A stretch of DNA of 64,000 nucleotides, from assembly GCA_947460255.1 (NCBI GenBank), contig CANHIS010000001.1, positions 12,113 through 76,112 on the forward strand, read 5' to 3'. Under the pieces are notes generated by a model. That model did no database searches. It was not told the origin of the DNA and saw only the letters and a list, made by a program, of their open reading frames with translations. The translations under genes and the position numbers were made by a program. Positions within the stretch are counted from its first letter, which is position 1. The number at the start of each line of letters is the position of its first letter. Shown here piece after piece: positions 28,042 through 39,996 of this stretch. This DNA comes from Bacteroidota bacterium. GTDB lineage: Bacteria > Bacteroidota > Bacteroidia > M30B66.

Positions 28042-30456
28042 TCAGGCCTTGATAATTTTAAGTCTTGCAAACTTAAGCAATAATTGTTTCTGTCCCGCTA
28101 CTTCAAAGAGTACTGTGGCCTTTTTTTCACCAGGACGACCATCTACGTGAATCACTTTCCCTTTCCCAAATTTTTCGTGTTCGACAGACATGCCCTCGCT
28201 TAATTTACTCAAATCGTCGACTTCAAATCCAGGTTTTGGAATTGCTTGTGCAGCTGACGTCAATTTGGGTTTTGGTTGAAAACCAGGTGTTGCAGGCACA
28301 GAACTTGTTTTTGTCGCAAATCCAGTTTCAGTCTTTTCTCTTGGTTTGAATGCTGCTGGTGAATTTTGCCTGGAAGTGAATCCCCCAAAACCGAGACGTT
28401 CGTCTTCAAAATTCATAAATGCTCCTCGTTGAGGTTCTGGCGGTAATTCAAGTAAATTCTGGTCAATCTCTTCCAAAAATCGGCTTGGCTCTGAAAAGTC
28501 TATTTTACCCCAACGATATCGGCTTGTTGCATAAGTAATAGTGAGAAATCTTTCTGCACGAGTGATCGCGACATAAAACAATCGACGTTCTTCCTCTAAT
28601 TCTTCTCGAGAGTTAAGAGCCAACTGAGAAGGGAATAAATTCTCTTCCAAACCAACCACAAAAACTGCCTTAAACTCCAATCCTTTGGCAGCATGAATGG
28701 TCATCATCGTTACCTTATTGGTGTCTTCATCGTCCTTTTCATCGGCATCAGTTAGCAAAGCAATGTCGCGCATAAAAACGTCGAGCGTTCTTTCTGCAAC
28801 TTCATCATCACTTTCAGGCGGGGTATCAACAAATTCTTGGATACCATTTAGAAGTTCCATTACGTTATCGTGTTTCGAAACTCCTTCCGGGGTTTTATCT
28901 GCATGCAGCTCTTTCAATAAACCCGAAGATCTAGCAATGTGCATCGCCAAATCGTATGCATTGGAAGTTGCGAGACCATGACGAAAACTTCGGATCATCA
29001 TAACGAATTCTCCGATTTTCTGGGCAGTTGCTCCAGTAACCGTCCTAAATTGATCGAGATTTTCGATGATTTCAAAAATGCTCACATTGTTTTGGTCCGC
29101 AGCTACAACAAGCTTTTCGAGTGTGGTTTTGCCAATTCCACGGGCTGGATAATTAATCACTCTACGGAGAGCTTCCTCATCGGCAGAATTAATCGCTAAT
29201 CTGAAATAGGCGAGCAGATCTTTAATTTCCTTCCTCTTGTAAAAAGACAATCCACCATAAATACGATATGGAATTCCACGCTTTCTGAGCGCCTCTTCCA
29301 TTGCCCTACTTTGAGCATTGGTTCGATAAAGGATCGCGATATCTTTATTCGGAAGTTGATGTTGCATCCGAAGGTCGAAAATACTGCTAGCTACAATATT
29401 TCCTTCTTCATTATCGGATCCTGCACGCATCAAACGAATTCGATCACCATCGTTGTTGTCTGTCCAAACAACTTTCTTTAACTGATCTTTATTGTTACGA
29501 ATAACGGAATTTGCGGCTTCTACAATTGTTTTAGTTGACCGATAATTCTGTTCTAACTTAAACACTTTCAATTCGGGATAATCCTTTTCAAAATTGAGAA
29601 TGTTTTGAATATTCGCTCCGCGGAAGGCATAAATACTCTGTGCATCATCGCCTACTACACAAATATTTTGGTACATGGCAGAGAGTTTCTTGACAATCAA
29701 GTACTGACTAAAATTCGTGTCTTGGTACTCGTCTACAAGGATAAACTTAAACTTCTGTTGATATTTATAAAGGACTTCTGGAAACTGTTTGAGCAGGACG
29801 TTGGTTTTAAAGAGCAAGTCATCGAAATCCATTGCCGACGATTTGAAAAGGCGCTTATCATATGTTTCATAAACCAGCCCCAGTTTAGGCTTACCGCTCT
29901 GGCGGTCTTCATCTAAGATTTGAGCGTGGCTGTTGTATTCTCGTGAAGTAATCAGGTTATTTTTAGCTGATGATATTCTACTCAAGACCAAACCAGGCTT
30001 GTAAATCTTATCATCGAGTTGAAGTTCCGTTAAGATGTTTTTTATAAGTCCTTTTGAATCTTCCGTGTCGTATATAGTGAAGTTCGAAGGGTAACCAAGT
30101 CGTTCACCCTCAGCCCTAAGGATTCTTGCAAAAATGGAGTGAAAAGTCCCCATCCATAAGTTTCTTGCTTCAGTACCAACAACCAAATGGTTTATACGCT
30201 CCTTCATTTCACGCGCAGCTTTATTGGTGAAGGTTAGAGCTAAAATATTAAATGAATCCACTCCTTTATGAAGGAGATTTGCAATTCTGTAGGTAAGAAC
30301 GCGCGTTTTACCTGATCCTGCACCAGCAATAATCATAACAGGGCCATCGGTTGTTTCAGCAGCCTGGCGTTGAATTGGGTTTAGTTCACTCAGAAAGTCG
30401 CGATTCATTGGGCAAAAGTAAGGAACCACATCTTTAATGTTAGAAAATATGCACAC
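28042..30456 (-). CDS. UvrD/PcrA-family ATP-dependent DNA helicase with a C-terminal Tudor-like tail
   Basis: Walker A (AGAGSGKT), a DEYQD box and the TIHAAKGLEF motif are present. Confidence 0.9.
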   Translation of the reverse strand: MCIFSNIKDVVPYFCPMNRDFLSELNPIQRQAAETTDGPVMIIAGAGSGKTRVLTYRIANLLHKGVDSFNILALTFTNKAAREMKERINHLVVGTEARNLWMGTFHSIFARILRAEGERLGYPSNFTIYDTEDSKGLIKNILTELQLDDKIYKPGLVLSRISSAKNNLITSREYNSHAQILDEDRQSGKPKLGLVYETYDKRLFKSSAMDFDDLLFKTNVLLKQFPEVLYKYQQKFKFILVDEYQDTNFSQYLIVKKLSAMYQNICVVGDDAQSIYAFRGANIQNILNFEKDYPELKVFKLEQNYRSTKTIVEAANSVIRNNKDQLKKVVWTDNNDGDRIRLMRAGSDNEEGNIVASSIFDLRMQHQLPNKDIAILYRTNAQSRAMEEALRKRGIPYRIYGGLSFYKRKEIKDLLAYFRLAINSADEEALRRVINYPARGIGKTTLEKLVVAADQNNVSIFEIIENLDQFRTVTGATAQKIGEFVMMIRSFRHGLATSNAYDLAMHIARSSGLLKELHADKTPEGVSKHDNVMELLNGIQEFVDTPPESDDEVAERTLDVFMRDIALLTDADEKDDEDTNKVTMMTIHAAKGLEFKAVFVVGLEENLFPSQLALNSREELEEERRLFYVAITRAERFLTITYATSRYRWGKIDFSEPSRFLEEIDQNLLELPPEPQRGAFMNFEDERLGFGGFTSRQNSPAAFKPREKTETGFATKTSSVPATPGFQPKPKLTSAAQAIPKPGFEVDDLSKLSEGMSVEHEKFGKGKVIHVDGRPGEKKATVLFEVAGQKQLLLKFARLKIIKA

Positions 30457-30677
30457 TAATTTTATTAACTATAACAAGCGAAAAACAGAACCATTCAGAT
30501 AATTTCAGTAATGTTGGAACATTGTCAACAACGGATCGTAAGAGGATGGCCAAAAAAAACGAGCTAAATCAACTTAACAAATTGCAGAATAACCATGTGT
30601 AGCTTAGGTTTGAAGCTAAACGAAGAACATCTGACAAAAAAAACGATGCATCATTGAAAAAAAAATCTAACTATCAG

Positions 30678-30707
30678 TTGGTTAATCAAAACTACTTCCT
30701 ATCTTTG
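30678..30707 (+). promoter_or_regulatory. Bacteroidetes-type sigma-A promoter for the rpsL supercluster
   Basis: TTG at 30678-30680, then 19 nt, then TAtcTTTG at 30700-30707, matching the TAnnTTTG -7 consensus. It lies 68 nt upstream of the rpsL ATG. Confidence 0.55.
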
Positions 30708-30774
30708 CGCTCCCAAAATTCGGCCGAGTAGACCGTTTTAATAAGATAATCACAACATAATCAAGCAGTAAAGC

Positions 30775-31194
30775 ATGCCTACCATTCAGCAGCTTGTACG
30801 TAAAGGCCGCACGCCTAACGCCACTAAGAGTAAGAGTCCAGCATTGGATTCATGTCCTCAGCGCCGTGGAGTTTGTACCCGGGTTTACACTACAACCCCT
30901 AAGAAGCCAAACTCAGCGATGCGTAAAGTAGCGCGTGTACGCCTTACAAACACGAAAGAAGTTAATGCCTACATCCCGGGCGAAGGTCACAACCTACAAG
31001 AGCACTCGATTGTTCTTATCCGCGGTGGAAGGGTAAAAGATCTTCCAGGAGTTCGTTACCACATTGTACGTGGAGCGCTCGATACATCAGGTGTAGAAGG
31101 TCGTAATCAGCGTCGTTCAAAATACGGAACGAAGCGTCCTAAACCAGGCCAACCAGCAGCAGCAGCTGGCAAAGGAAAAGGCAAGAAAAAATAA
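30775..31194 (+). CDS. rpsL: 30S ribosomal protein S12 with a short Lys/Ala/Gly-rich C-terminal extension
   Basis: [11 protein letters not shown] ... PKKPNSA is the S12 signature. Confidence 0.95.
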   Translation: MPTIQQLVRKGRTPNATKSKSPALDSCPQRRGVCTRVYTTTPKKPNSAMRKVARVRLTNTKEVNAYIPGEGHNLQEHSIVLIRGGRVKDLPGVRYHIVRGALDTSGVEGRNQRRSKYGTKRPKPGQPAAAAGKGKGKKK

Positions 31195-31220
31195 TCTGAA
31201 GCTCTCAGCACAGCAATAAA

Positions 31221-31688
31221 ATGAGAAAATCCACACCCAAACGAATTCCCCGTCTTCCGGATCCACGCTTCGGAGACCCAGTTGTTACTCGCTTCGTGAA
31301 TAACATGATGTATGATGGCAAGAAAAGTATTGCCTTCAAACTTTTCTACGACGCAGTTGACATTGTAGCTAAGCGTACGGAAGAAAATGGTCATGAAGTA
31401 TGGAAAAGAGCGTTGGAAAACGTTAGTCCTGCGGTTGAAGTAAAAAGTCGCCGAGTTGGTGGAGCTACATTCCAAATTCCAATGGAAATCCGTCCAGATA
31501 GACGCACTGCTCTTGGAATGAAATGGTTAATCATGTATGCTCGCAAGCGCAACGAAAAGTCAATGGCAATGAAACTTGCTGGTGAAATTGTTGCTGCAAG
31601 CAAAGGTGAGGGATCTGCACACAAGAAGAAAGAAGATACACACCGCATGGCGGAAGCCAATAAGGCATTCTCACATTTCAGATTCTAA
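31221..31688 (+). CDS. rpsG: 30S ribosomal protein S7
   Basis: It matches S7 throughout. Confidence 0.95.
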   Translation: MRKSTPKRIPRLPDPRFGDPVVTRFVNNMMYDGKKSIAFKLFYDAVDIVAKRTEENGHEVWKRALENVSPAVEVKSRRVGGATFQIPMEIRPDRRTALGMKWLIMYARKRNEKSMAMKLAGEIVAASKGEGSAHKKKEDTHRMAEANKAFSHFRF

Positions 31689-31710
31689 GCAAACCGAATA
31701 GATAAGTGCT

Positions 31711-33813
31711 ATGAGCCACGATCTTAAATATACGCGTAACATTGGTATTGCAGCTCACATTGATGCTGGAAAAACTACCACTACTGAGCGAATCCTTTAT
31801 TACACCGGTGTTAATCACAAAATTGGTGAGGTACATGATGGTGCTGCTACGATGGACTGGATGGTTCAGGAGCAAGAAAGAGGTATAACCATCACTTCTG
31901 CTGCTACAACCTGCTTCTGGAACTATCGTGACAATAACTACAAGATGAACATCATCGATACTCCAGGTCACGTGGACTTTACCGTAGAGGTAAACCGTTC
32001 GTTACGTGTACTTGATGGTCTGGTGTTTTTGTTTTCTGCAGTGGATGGTGTGGAGCCCCAATCAGAAACAAACTGGCGTCTTGCAAATAATTACAACGTA
32101 ACTCGTCTTGGGTTTGTAAATAAAATGGACCGCCAAGGTGCCGACTTCCTCAGTGTTGTGAAGCAGGTTAAAGAAATCTTGGGTGGTAATCCACTTCCGC
32201 TTCAATTACCAATTGGTGCAGAAGAAACATTCAAAGGTGTAGTTGACTTGATCAACTGGCGTGGAATGGTATGGAATGAGCACGACAAAGGGATGACCTA
32301 TGAAGTGGTAGAAATTCCTGCCGACATGGTTGAAGAAGCAAGAGAGTGGAGAGAAAAACTTCTTGAAGCTGCTGCGGAGTTCGATGAAACCCTCATGGAG
32401 AAATATTTCGAAGATCCTGAGTCTCTTACTGAAGCAGAAATCCTTCACGCACTCCGCAAGGCTTGTGTAGCAAATAAAGTTGTTCCAATGCTATGTGGTT
32501 CAGCATTCAAGAATAAAGGAGTTCAAACTATGCTTGACCTCGTAATGGAGCTCATGCCTAGTCCAATGGATAAGGAAAATACTATCGGAACAAATCCTGA
32601 TACAGGAGCTGAGGTAGTTCGCCGTCCAGACGTTAAAGATCCGTTCACAGCCTTAGCCTTCAAGATTGCAACAGATCCATTTGTTGGTCGCTTGTGTTTC
32701 TTCCGCGCTTATTCAGGTCGTCTGGACGCAGGTTCATATGTTTTGAATACCAGAAGTGGTAATAAGGAGCGTATTAGCCGTATCTTCCAGATGCACGCTA
32801 ACAAGCAGAATTCTATCGATTATATCGAAGCAGGTGATATTGGAGCAGCAGTTGGCTTTAAAGACATCAAAACAGGCGATACGCTTTGCGATGAAAAGAA
32901 TCCAATCATTCTTGAAGCAATGAACTTCCCTGAACCAGTAATCGGTATTGCAATTGAGCCTAAAACTCAAGCAGATGTCGATAAATTGGGAATTTCATTA
33001 GGTAAACTTTCAGAAGAGGATCCTACATTCCGAGTTCGAACAGACGAAGAAACAGGTCAAACAATTATTTCCGGAATGGGTGAGCTTCACTTGGAAATTA
33101 TTATGGACCGCTTGAAACGCGAGTTTAAAGTAGAATGTAATCAAGGTGCTCCACAAGTTAACTACAAGGAAACAATCAACGGTACAGTTACTCACCGCGA
33201 AGTTTACAAGAAGCAAACTGGTGGTCGTGGTAAATTTGCAGATATCGTTGTTACTATCGGACCTGTTGACGAAGGTAAAGAGGGTCTTCAGTTTGTTAAT
33301 GAAGTTGTTGGAGGTAATGTTCCTCGTGAATTTATTCCTTCAGTTGAAAAAGGATTCAAAGCAGCTATGCAAAATGGTGTTCTAGCTGGTTACACAATGG
33401 ATAGTTTGAAGGTTAGATTAACTGATGGTTCTTACCACGCAGTTGACTCCGATGCACTTTCATTTGAAATCTGTGCTAGGACAGCATTCCGTGAAGCACT
33501 TCCTAAAGCAAAGCCTGTACTCCTAGAACCAATCATGAAGGTTGAAGTTCTAACCCCTGAAGATTATATGGGTGATATCATCGGCGACTTGAATAAGCGT
33601 CGTGGTCAACTGGAAGGAATGGACAGTCGTGCAGGAGCCCAAGTAATTCGTGCTAAAGTTCCTTTGAGCGAAATGTTTGGATATGTAACTACACTCCGTA
33701 CAATTTCTTCGGGGCGTGCAACATCAACAATGGAGCCTTCACATTATGCTGAAGCACCACGCCAAGTTGCAGAAGAAGTAATAGCAAAAGCAAAAGGTAA
33801 AGCAAAAGTTTAA
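31711..33813 (+). CDS. fusA: Elongation factor G
   Basis: The G-domain motifs [17 protein letters not shown] and NKMD are present. It is 700 aa. Confidence 0.95.
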   Translation: MSHDLKYTRNIGIAAHIDAGKTTTTERILYYTGVNHKIGEVHDGAATMDWMVQEQERGITITSAATTCFWNYRDNNYKMNIIDTPGHVDFTVEVNRSLRVLDGLVFLFSAVDGVEPQSETNWRLANNYNVTRLGFVNKMDRQGADFLSVVKQVKEILGGNPLPLQLPIGAEETFKGVVDLINWRGMVWNEHDKGMTYEVVEIPADMVEEAREWREKLLEAAAEFDETLMEKYFEDPESLTEAEILHALRKACVANKVVPMLCGSAFKNKGVQTMLDLVMELMPSPMDKENTIGTNPDTGAEVVRRPDVKDPFTALAFKIATDPFVGRLCFFRAYSGRLDAGSYVLNTRSGNKERISRIFQMHANKQNSIDYIEAGDIGAAVGFKDIKTGDTLCDEKNPIILEAMNFPEPVIGIAIEPKTQADVDKLGISLGKLSEEDPTFRVRTDEETGQTIISGMGELHLEIIMDRLKREFKVECNQGAPQVNYKETINGTVTHREVYKKQTGGRGKFADIVVTIGPVDEGKEGLQFVNEVVGGNVPREFIPSVEKGFKAAMQNGVLAGYTMDSLKVRLTDGSYHAVDSDALSFEICARTAFREALPKAKPVLLEPIMKVEVLTPEDYMGDIIGDLNKRRGQLEGMDSRAGAQVIRAKVPLSEMFGYVTTLRTISSGRATSTMEPSHYAEAPRQVAEEVIAKAKGKAKV

Positions 33814-33831
33814 TCGTTCTTTATACTCTAC

Positions 33832-34137
33832 ATGAGCCAGAAAATCCGCATCAAACTCAAGTCGTACGACTACAATCTCGTAGATAAGTCGGCTGAGAAA
33901 ATTGTTAAGACGGTAAAGTCTACCGGAGCTGTAGTAAGTGGACCAATTCCACTTCCTACAAACAAAAAGATTTACACGGTGCTTCGTTCACCGCACGTTA
34001 ACAAGAAAGCACGTGAGCAGTTTCAGCTTTGTTCTTACAAGCGCTTGCTGGACATCTACTCTACTACATCTAAAACTGTAGACGCGCTTATGAAACTTGA
34101 ACTTCCTAGTGGAGTTGAAGTGGAAATCAAAGTGTGA
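33832..34137 (+). CDS. rpsJ: 30S ribosomal protein S10
   Basis: [13 protein letters not shown] is S10. Confidence 0.95.
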   Translation: MSQKIRIKLKSYDYNLVDKSAEKIVKTVKSTGAVVSGPIPLPTNKKIYTVLRSPHVNKKAREQFQLCSYKRLLDIYSTTSKTVDALMKLELPSGVEVEIKV

Positions 34138-34180
34138 CGTTGATTTTTTCAGAATTAGTTTTTTCTTTCAATACAACAAA

Positions 34181-34798
34181 ATGTCAGGTATCATAGGTAA
34201 AAAAATCGGAATGACTAGTCTTTACAGTGCCGCTGGTAAGAACATACCATGCACAGTTATCGAAGCTGGTCCTTGCGTAGTAACGCAAGTAAGAACCATC
34301 GAAAAAGATGGTTATAGCGCTGTTCAACTGGCGTATGATGAAAAAAAGGAGAAACATACTTCTTCCGCAATGAAAGGGCACTTCAGCAAGGCGTCAACCA
34401 CGCCCAAAAGAAAAATTGCTGAATTCCGCAAATTCATCTCCGAGAAAACTCTTGGAGAAACGGTTACAGTGGAGTTGTTTTCAGAAGGTGAATTTGTTGA
34501 TGTAATAGGCACATCAAAAGGTAAGGGTTTTCAAGGCGTTGTGAAACGTCATGGATTCAGCGGTGTTGGTATGGCCACTCACGGTCAGCACAATCGTCTA
34601 AGGGCTCCAGGTTCACTTGGTGCATCTTCTTACCCATCGCGTGTATTCAAGGGAATGCGTATGGCTGGCCGTACTGGTGGTTCCCGTGTAAAGATTCAAA
34701 ACTTAGAGGTTTTGAAAGTAATCCCAGAACAGAATCTAATCGTTATCCAAGGCGCAGTGCCAGGTCCGAAAGGTTCGTACGTAATGCTTGAGAAATAA
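34181..34798 (+). CDS. rplC: 50S ribosomal protein L3
   Basis: [13 protein letters not shown] is L3. I chose the start at 34181; the longer track ORF overlaps rpsJ. Confidence 0.9.
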   Translation: MSGIIGKKIGMTSLYSAAGKNIPCTVIEAGPCVVTQVRTIEKDGYSAVQLAYDEKKEKHTSSAMKGHFSKASTTPKRKIAEFRKFISEKTLGETVTVELFSEGEFVDVIGTSKGKGFQGVVKRHGFSGVGMATHGQHNRLRAPGSLGASSYPSRVFKGMRMAGRTGGSRVKIQNLEVLKVIPEQNLIVIQGAVPGPKGSYVMLEK

Positions 34799-34800
34799 CA

Positions 34801-35432
34801 TGGAATTAGCAATCTATAACTCAAACGGTCAAGAAACCGGCCGCAAAATGACGCTAAATAGCGAAGTTTTCGGAATTGAGCCCAATGATCACGCGATCTA
34901 TCTCGATGTAAAGCAAATTCTTGCTAATCGTCGTCAAGGGACACATAAATCAAAAGAAAGAGCGGAAGTTTCCTACTCTACAAAAAAGCTAAAACGTCAA
35001 AAGGGAACTGGTGGAGCTCGTGCTGGTAGCATTAAATCTCCTGTGTTCGTTGGTGGTGGTAGAATTTTCGGTCCAAAACCAAGAGATTACAGTTTTCGAC
35101 TGAATAAAAAAGTTAAGCAATTGGCACGTAAATCGGCACTTGCTTACAAAGCACAAGACAACGGAATTGTTTTGGTAGAGGGGTTCAACTTTGATTCTCC
35201 ATCTACAAAGGGTTTCACTTCAATCTTAAGCAAACTTAAGTTAAACGGAAAGAAAACACTTGTTATCATTCCTGAATTGAACCAAAATATCTATTTGTCG
35301 AGTCGCAATCTTCAAAATAGCAAAGTTGTTATTGCAAACGATATCAACACATTTGATATCCTTAATGCTAACAACGTAGTACTTTTCGAAGGTTCAGTTA
35401 AGACTATTGAAAACCTCTTAAACCAAAACTGA
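34801..35432 (+). CDS. rplD: 50S ribosomal protein L4
   Basis: It is L4-like. I chose the start MELAIYN at 34801. Confidence 0.9.
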
Positions 35433-35433
35433 A

Positions 35434-35724
35434 ATGAATATCATCATTAAACCAATCATTACGGAGAAGATGACTAGCATTTCTGAAAAGCTAAACCGTT
35501 TCGGTTTTGTGGTTCATGAGGATGCTAATAAGCTCCAGATTAAAAATGCCATCCAGCAGATGTATGGTGTAACCGTAGAACGTGTGAACACTCAACGTTA
35601 TATTGGTAAAGTAAAAATGCGTAACACTAAAAATGGTTTCAACACTGGGCTTACAGGCAACTGCAAAAAAGCGATCGTGATCTTGAAAGAAGGAGAGACC
35701 ATTGACTTTTACAGCAATCTCTGA
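35434..35724 (+). CDS. rplW: 50S ribosomal protein L23
   Basis: It is L23-like, 96 aa. Confidence 0.9.
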   Translation: MNIIIKPIITEKMTSISEKLNRFGFVVHEDANKLQIKNAIQQMYGVTVERVNTQRYIGKVKMRNTKNGFNTGLTGNCKKAIVILKEGETIDFYSNL

Positions 35725-35729
35725 TAGAC

Positions 35730-36554
35730 ATGGGACTTAAGAAATTTAATCCGATAACTCCCGGTACCCGCTTTAAGGTTGCCGATACATTCTCAGATGT
35801 TACTACATCAACTCCCGAGAAAACACTTCTTGTAAGCAACAAGAAATCAGGTGGTCGTAACCACTCTGGAAAAATGACAATGCGCTATATTGGTGGAGGT
35901 AACAAACAACGTTACCGCTTAATCGATTTCCGCAGAGACAAACATGGTGTTCCTGCCAAAGTTGCAACTATTGAATATGATCCTAATCGTTCTGGTCGTA
36001 TCGCTCTTCTCCAATATATAGATGGAGAAAAACGCTACATCTTAGCACCAGATAAGTTAGAGGTTGGAAACACTGTACTTTCTGGTGAGAATGCTCCTGT
36101 AGAACCAGGAAATGCTCTTTTCCTAAAAGACATTCCATTAGGTACAATGATTCACCATATTGAAATGCGTCCTGGTCAAGGAGCTGTGCTTGTAAGAAGC
36201 GCAGGCGTTTCAGCCCAGCTTCAAGCAAGAGATGGAAAATATGCGATTATCCGCATGCCTTCTGGTGAAATCAGAATGATTCTTAACACTTGCCTTGCAG
36301 TTGTTGGAACTGTAAGCAACTCAGATCACCGATTGGTTCGTTCTGGTAAGGCAGGTAGATCGCGTTGGTTGGGCCGCCGCCCAAGAGTTCGAGGTGTTGC
36401 AATGAACCCTGTAGATCACCCAATGGGTGGTGGTGAGGGACGTGCATCTGGAGGTCACCCACGCAGCCGCAAAGGTATTCCTGCTAAAGGATACAAAACT
36501 CGCGCGCCAAAGAACAGAAGTTCGAAGTACATCATCGAGCGTCGCAAGAAATAA
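35730..36554 (+). CDS. rplB: 50S ribosomal protein L2
   Basis: [15 protein letters not shown] is L2. Confidence 0.95.
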   Translation: MGLKKFNPITPGTRFKVADTFSDVTTSTPEKTLLVSNKKSGGRNHSGKMTMRYIGGGNKQRYRLIDFRRDKHGVPAKVATIEYDPNRSGRIALLQYIDGEKRYILAPDKLEVGNTVLSGENAPVEPGNALFLKDIPLGTMIHHIEMRPGQGAVLVRSAGVSAQLQARDGKYAIIRMPSGEIRMILNTCLAVVGTVSNSDHRLVRSGKAGRSRWLGRRPRVRGVAMNPVDHPMGGGEGRASGGHPRSRKGIPAKGYKTRAPKNRSSKYIIERRKK

Positions 36555-36584
36555 TTTGTTCAACACCTGATATAACGACAACAC

Positions 36585-36866
36585 ATGAGCCGTTCGCTTA
36601 AAAAAGGACCTTTTATCGACTTCAAGCTAGAGAAGAAAGTTTTAGCTATGATCGATTCAAGCAAAAAATCTGTGATTAAAACCTGGGCACGACGCTCAAT
36701 GATTTCTCCGGATTTCGTTGGACAAACGATTGCTGTTCACAATGGCAATAAATTCATTCCCGTTTACGTAACTGAAAACATGGTAGGCCACAAACTTGGA
36801 GAGTTTGCTCCAACTAGGACCTATCGTGGACACGCAGGAAATCGCAAAGACAAAGGGAAGAAATAA
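36585..36866 (+). CDS. rpsS: 30S ribosomal protein S19
   Basis: [12 protein letters not shown] is S19. Confidence 0.95.
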   Translation: MSRSLKKGPFIDFKLEKKVLAMIDSSKKSVIKTWARRSMISPDFVGQTIAVHNGNKFIPVYVTENMVGHKLGEFAPTRTYRGHAGNRKDKGKK

Positions 36867-36895
36867 TCATTCACGTTCTTTATCTCTCACAAACA

Positions 36896-37300
36896 ATGGG
36901 ATCTCGTAAAAAAAATATGGCTGAGGCGATGAAAGCAGAGCGCAAGACAATTGCATTCGCCAAGCTAAATAATTGTCCAACCTCTCCAAGAAAGATGCGC
37001 TTAGTAGCTGATCTTATTAGAGGTGTGGATGTTGATCGCGCTTTATCAATCCTCAAATTCACTAACAAGGATGCCGCTGGCCGTCTTGAGAAACTTTTAC
37101 TTTCTGCTATTGCAAATTGGCAAGCAAAAAATGAAGGAGCTAGATTGGAAGACAGCAATGTTGTTGTTACAGAAGTTAAAGTTGATGGAGGACGTCAATT
37201 AAAACGTTTACGCCCAGCTCCGCAAGGCCGTGGATACAGAATTCGTAAGCGTTCAAACCACGTTACATTAGTTGTAGGAACTAAAGTAGCCGCTAATTAA
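36896..37300 (+). CDS. rplV: 50S ribosomal protein L22
   Basis: It is L22-like. Confidence 0.9.
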   Translation: MGSRKKNMAEAMKAERKTIAFAKLNNCPTSPRKMRLVADLIRGVDVDRALSILKFTNKDAAGRLEKLLLSAIANWQAKNEGARLEDSNVVVTEVKVDGGRQLKRLRPAPQGRGYRIRKRSNHVTLVVGTKVAAN

Positions 37301-37331
37301 TCCTATTCTCAAAAGACAATACAACAATTAC

Positions 37332-38096
37332 ATGGGACAAAAAGCAAATCCGATCGGTCTTCGTCTAGGGATTATTCGTGGCTGGGATTCTAACTGGTAT
37401 GGAGGAAAGAACTTCACAGAAAAATTGGTTGAAGATCACAAAATACGCAAGTATCTTAGTGCTCGTTTAGTTAAAGCCGGTATTTCCAAAATCGTTATCG
37501 AGCGAACTCTTAAGTTAGTTACTGTTACTATAAATACAGCGCGACCAGGAATTATCATTGGTAAGGGTGGCCAAGAGGTTGACAAACTTAAAGAGGAACT
37601 TAAAAAGTTAACCAAGAAGGAAGTACAAATCAATATCTTCGAGATTAAACGTCCAGAGTTGGATGCACGTCTAGTTGCTGATGGAATAGCTAGACAACTC
37701 GAAGGAAGAATTTCTTTCCGTCGTGCGATGAAAACTTCCATTGCTTCAACAATGAGAATGGGTGCTGAGGGTATAAAATGCAAAATCTCTGGTCGATTAG
37801 GAGGAGCTGAAATGGCTCGAGTGGAAGGTTACAAAGAAGGTCGGACTCCGCTTCATACATTGCGCGCAGACATCGATTATGCTTTAGCAGAAGCTCACAC
37901 TACTTACGGTCGAATCGGAATTAAAGTCTGGATCTGTAAAGGTGAAATTTACGGAAAGCGCGATTTAAGCCCAAATATTGGACTTCAAGCCCAGAAGGCT
38001 ACTGGTTCTAGTAATCAAGGAGGCAATGATCGCAATGATCGCGATAGAGGTCCTCGTAGAGGTGGCGATCGCGACCGCAGAAGCAGAAATAAATAG
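37332..38096 (+). CDS. rpsC: 30S ribosomal protein S3 with an Arg/Asp/Gly-rich C-terminal tail
   Basis: [13 protein letters not shown] is S3, and a KH domain is present. The tail reads [24 protein letters not shown]. Confidence 0.95.
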   Translation: MGQKANPIGLRLGIIRGWDSNWYGGKNFTEKLVEDHKIRKYLSARLVKAGISKIVIERTLKLVTVTINTARPGIIIGKGGQEVDKLKEELKKLTKKEVQINIFEIKRPELDARLVADGIARQLEGRISFRRAMKTSIASTMRMGAEGIKCKISGRLGGAEMARVEGYKEGRTPLHTLRADIDYALAEAHTTYGRIGIKVWICKGEIYGKRDLSPNIGLQAQKATGSSNQGGNDRNDRDRGPRRGGDRDRRSRNK

Positions 38097-38120
38097 TCTA
38101 AAGCTTAAAGATAATACCAA

Positions 38121-38147
38121 AGAGGACATAGTGTCCTCTTTTTTTTT
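38121..38147 (+). terminator. Rho-independent terminator immediately after rpsC, inside the S10-spc array
   Basis: The hairpin is AGAGGACA-tag-TGTCCTCT followed by T9. Confidence 0.6.
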
Positions 38148-38242
38148 GAGTTTCGTTAAAGTTGTATTGCCCGTCAATGTTAGTGTTTAACATGAAATTA
38201 AGCTTACAACCAGAATACTTTGAAAAAAAATGTATTTCTCTG

Positions 38243-38271
38243 TTGCAAATAAAAAACATCTTACTATCTTT
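38243..38271 (+). promoter_or_regulatory. Internal Bacteroidetes-type promoter upstream of rplP
   Basis: TTG at 38243, then 19 nt, then TAtcTTTG at 38264-38271. It sits in a 256-bp gap between rpsC and rplP. Confidence 0.5.
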
Positions 38272-38352
38272 GCCGTCCCCAAAATAGCAGGCTGAAACAA
38301 GTTTGCTTAGTTGGGAATAAGTAAAAAAAGAATCCAGTAAAATCAATTTTCC

Positions 38353-38781
38353 ATGTTACAGCCGAAACGTACCAAGTACAGGAAGCAGCATAAAATGAAA
38401 ATGAAGGGCAATGCGACTCGTGGACACGAGCTAGCATTTGGCTCTTTTGGTATCAAAGCAATGGAAGGTGTTTGGATGACTGCACGTCAGATCGAAGCCG
38501 CTCGTATTGCTGTGACACGTTACATGAAGCGTGAAGGCCAAATCTGGATCCGAGTTTTTCCAGACAAACCAATTACCAAAAAACCTGCAGAGGTTCGAAT
38601 GGGTAAGGGTAAAGGTTCCCCTGAATATTGGGTGGCCGTTGTAAAACCAGGAACCATCATTTTTGAAGCTGAAGGTGTACCAATGGATATTGCAAAAGAA
38701 GCACTCCGTTTGGCATCACAAAAATTACCAGTAACGACGAAATTTATCGTTCGTCGTGATTATCAAGAAGCTACAGCCTGA
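38353..38781 (+). CDS. rplP: 50S ribosomal protein L16
   Basis: [12 protein letters not shown] is L16. Confidence 0.95.
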   Translation: MLQPKRTKYRKQHKMKMKGNATRGHELAFGSFGIKAMEGVWMTARQIEAARIAVTRYMKREGQIWIRVFPDKPITKKPAEVRMGKGKGSPEYWVAVVKPGTIIFEAEGVPMDIAKEALRLASQKLPVTTKFIVRRDYQEATA

Positions 38782-38789
38782 TTGAAGTT

Positions 38790-38993
38790 ATGAAACAGGA
38801 AGAGATCAAAAACCTTTCACTCGTTGAGCTGAAAGATAAAGTAAAAGAAATGACTCAGTTACAGTCACGTTTGGAATTTAACCATGCAGTGTCCGCTTCT
38901 GAAAATCCGCTCAGCATACGTCATAACAGACGCACGATTGCACGTATCAATACGGAAATCCGCGTACGTGAAACACAAGAAGCTGTAAAATAA
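38790..38993 (+). CDS. rpmC: 50S ribosomal protein L29
   Basis: It is L29-like, 67 aa. Confidence 0.9.
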   Translation: MKQEEIKNLSLVELKDKVKEMTQLQSRLEFNHAVSASENPLSIRHNRRTIARINTEIRVRETQEAVK

Positions 38994-39001
38994 TCTTCAC
39001 G

Positions 39002-39265
39002 ATGGAAACAATTGAAAGAAATCTACGCAAAGAGCGTGTTGGTCTAGTAAGAAGTACAAAAATGGATAAAACCATTGTTGTAGCCGTTGAACGTAAGGTA
39101 AAGCACCCTAAATACGGAAAATTCGTGAAGAAGACTACTACATTTATGGTTCATGATGACAAGAACGAATGTGGATCAGGTGATACCGTGAAAATCATGG
39201 AAACACGTCCAATGAGCAAAAATAAGCGTTGGAGACTAGTTGAAATTCTAGAGAAAGCGAAGTAA
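39002..39265 (+). CDS. rpsQ: 30S ribosomal protein S17
   Basis: It is S17-like. Confidence 0.9.
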   Translation: METIERNLRKERVGLVRSTKMDKTIVVAVERKVKHPKYGKFVKKTTTFMVHDDKNECGSGDTVKIMETRPMSKNKRWRLVEILEKAK

Positions 39266-39293
39266 TTCATTACAAGAATAATATCATTGAATC

Positions 39294-39662
39294 ATGATAC
39301 AGCAGGAATCCAGGCTGACAGTCGCAGATAACTCAGGTGCAAAAGAAGTTCTTTGTATCAGAGTATTAGGCGGAACAAAAAAGCGTTACGCATCTGTCGG
39401 CGATAAAATTGTAGTTACAATTAAGCATGCCTTGCCTAGTGGTAACTCCAAAAAAGGTTCTGTTACCAAAGCGGTAGTAGTACGCACAAGAAAAGAAATC
39501 CGTCGTCCAGATGGTTCATATATTCGTTTCGATGACAACGCTGTAGTGTTGCTCAACAACAATGATGAATTACGAGGTACACGTATTTTCGGACCTGTTG
39601 CACGTGAACTGCGTGAAAAACAGTACATGAAAATTGTTTCACTAGCTCCAGAGGTGCTTTAA
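39294..39662 (+). CDS. rplN: 50S ribosomal protein L14
   Basis: [17 protein letters not shown] is L14. Confidence 0.95.
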   Translation: MIQQESRLTVADNSGAKEVLCIRVLGGTKKRYASVGDKIVVTIKHALPSGNSKKGSVTKAVVVRTRKEIRRPDGSYIRFDDNAVVLLNNNDELRGTRIFGPVARELREKQYMKIVSLAPEVL

Positions 39663-39675
39663 ATCAGCTGTCACA

Positions 39676-39996
39676 ATGAAACTTCATATCAAAAAAGGAG
39701 ACAAAGTTCTTGTTATTGCCGGAAATCACAAAGGCGAATCTGGAGAGATACAAGAAGTGAATATTCAGAAACTAAGAGCAATTGTTTCAGGTGTTAATTT
39801 AACAGCTCGTCACAATAAGCCTACATCTGAAAACCCACAAGGAGGAATCGTTAAAAAAGAAGGTTCGATTCACATTTCAAACCTGATGGTTATAGATCCT
39901 TCTACAGGTAAAGCTGCACGAACAGGACGCAAAACCGACGAAAATGGTAAAACCGTTCGTTTTTTCAAAACAAAAAAAACAGAGGCAAGTAAGTGA
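39676..39996 (+). CDS. rplX: 50S ribosomal protein L24
   Basis: It has a KOW motif and is L24-like. Confidence 0.9.
   Translation: MKLHIKKGDKVLVIAGNHKGESGEIQEVNIQKLRAIVSGVNLTARHNKPTSENPQGGIVKKEGSIHISNLMVIDPSTGKAARTGRKTDENGKTVRFFKTKKTEASK

Noticed and set aside
31107-31475. 122-aa minus-strand ORF antisense to rpsL/rpsG, plus many similar short antisense ORFs within fusA, pheT, secY, rpoA, dnaJ, murA and uvrD
   Set aside because: All lie opposite highly conserved genes. None shows motifs or promoter context, so they are typical shadow ORFs.
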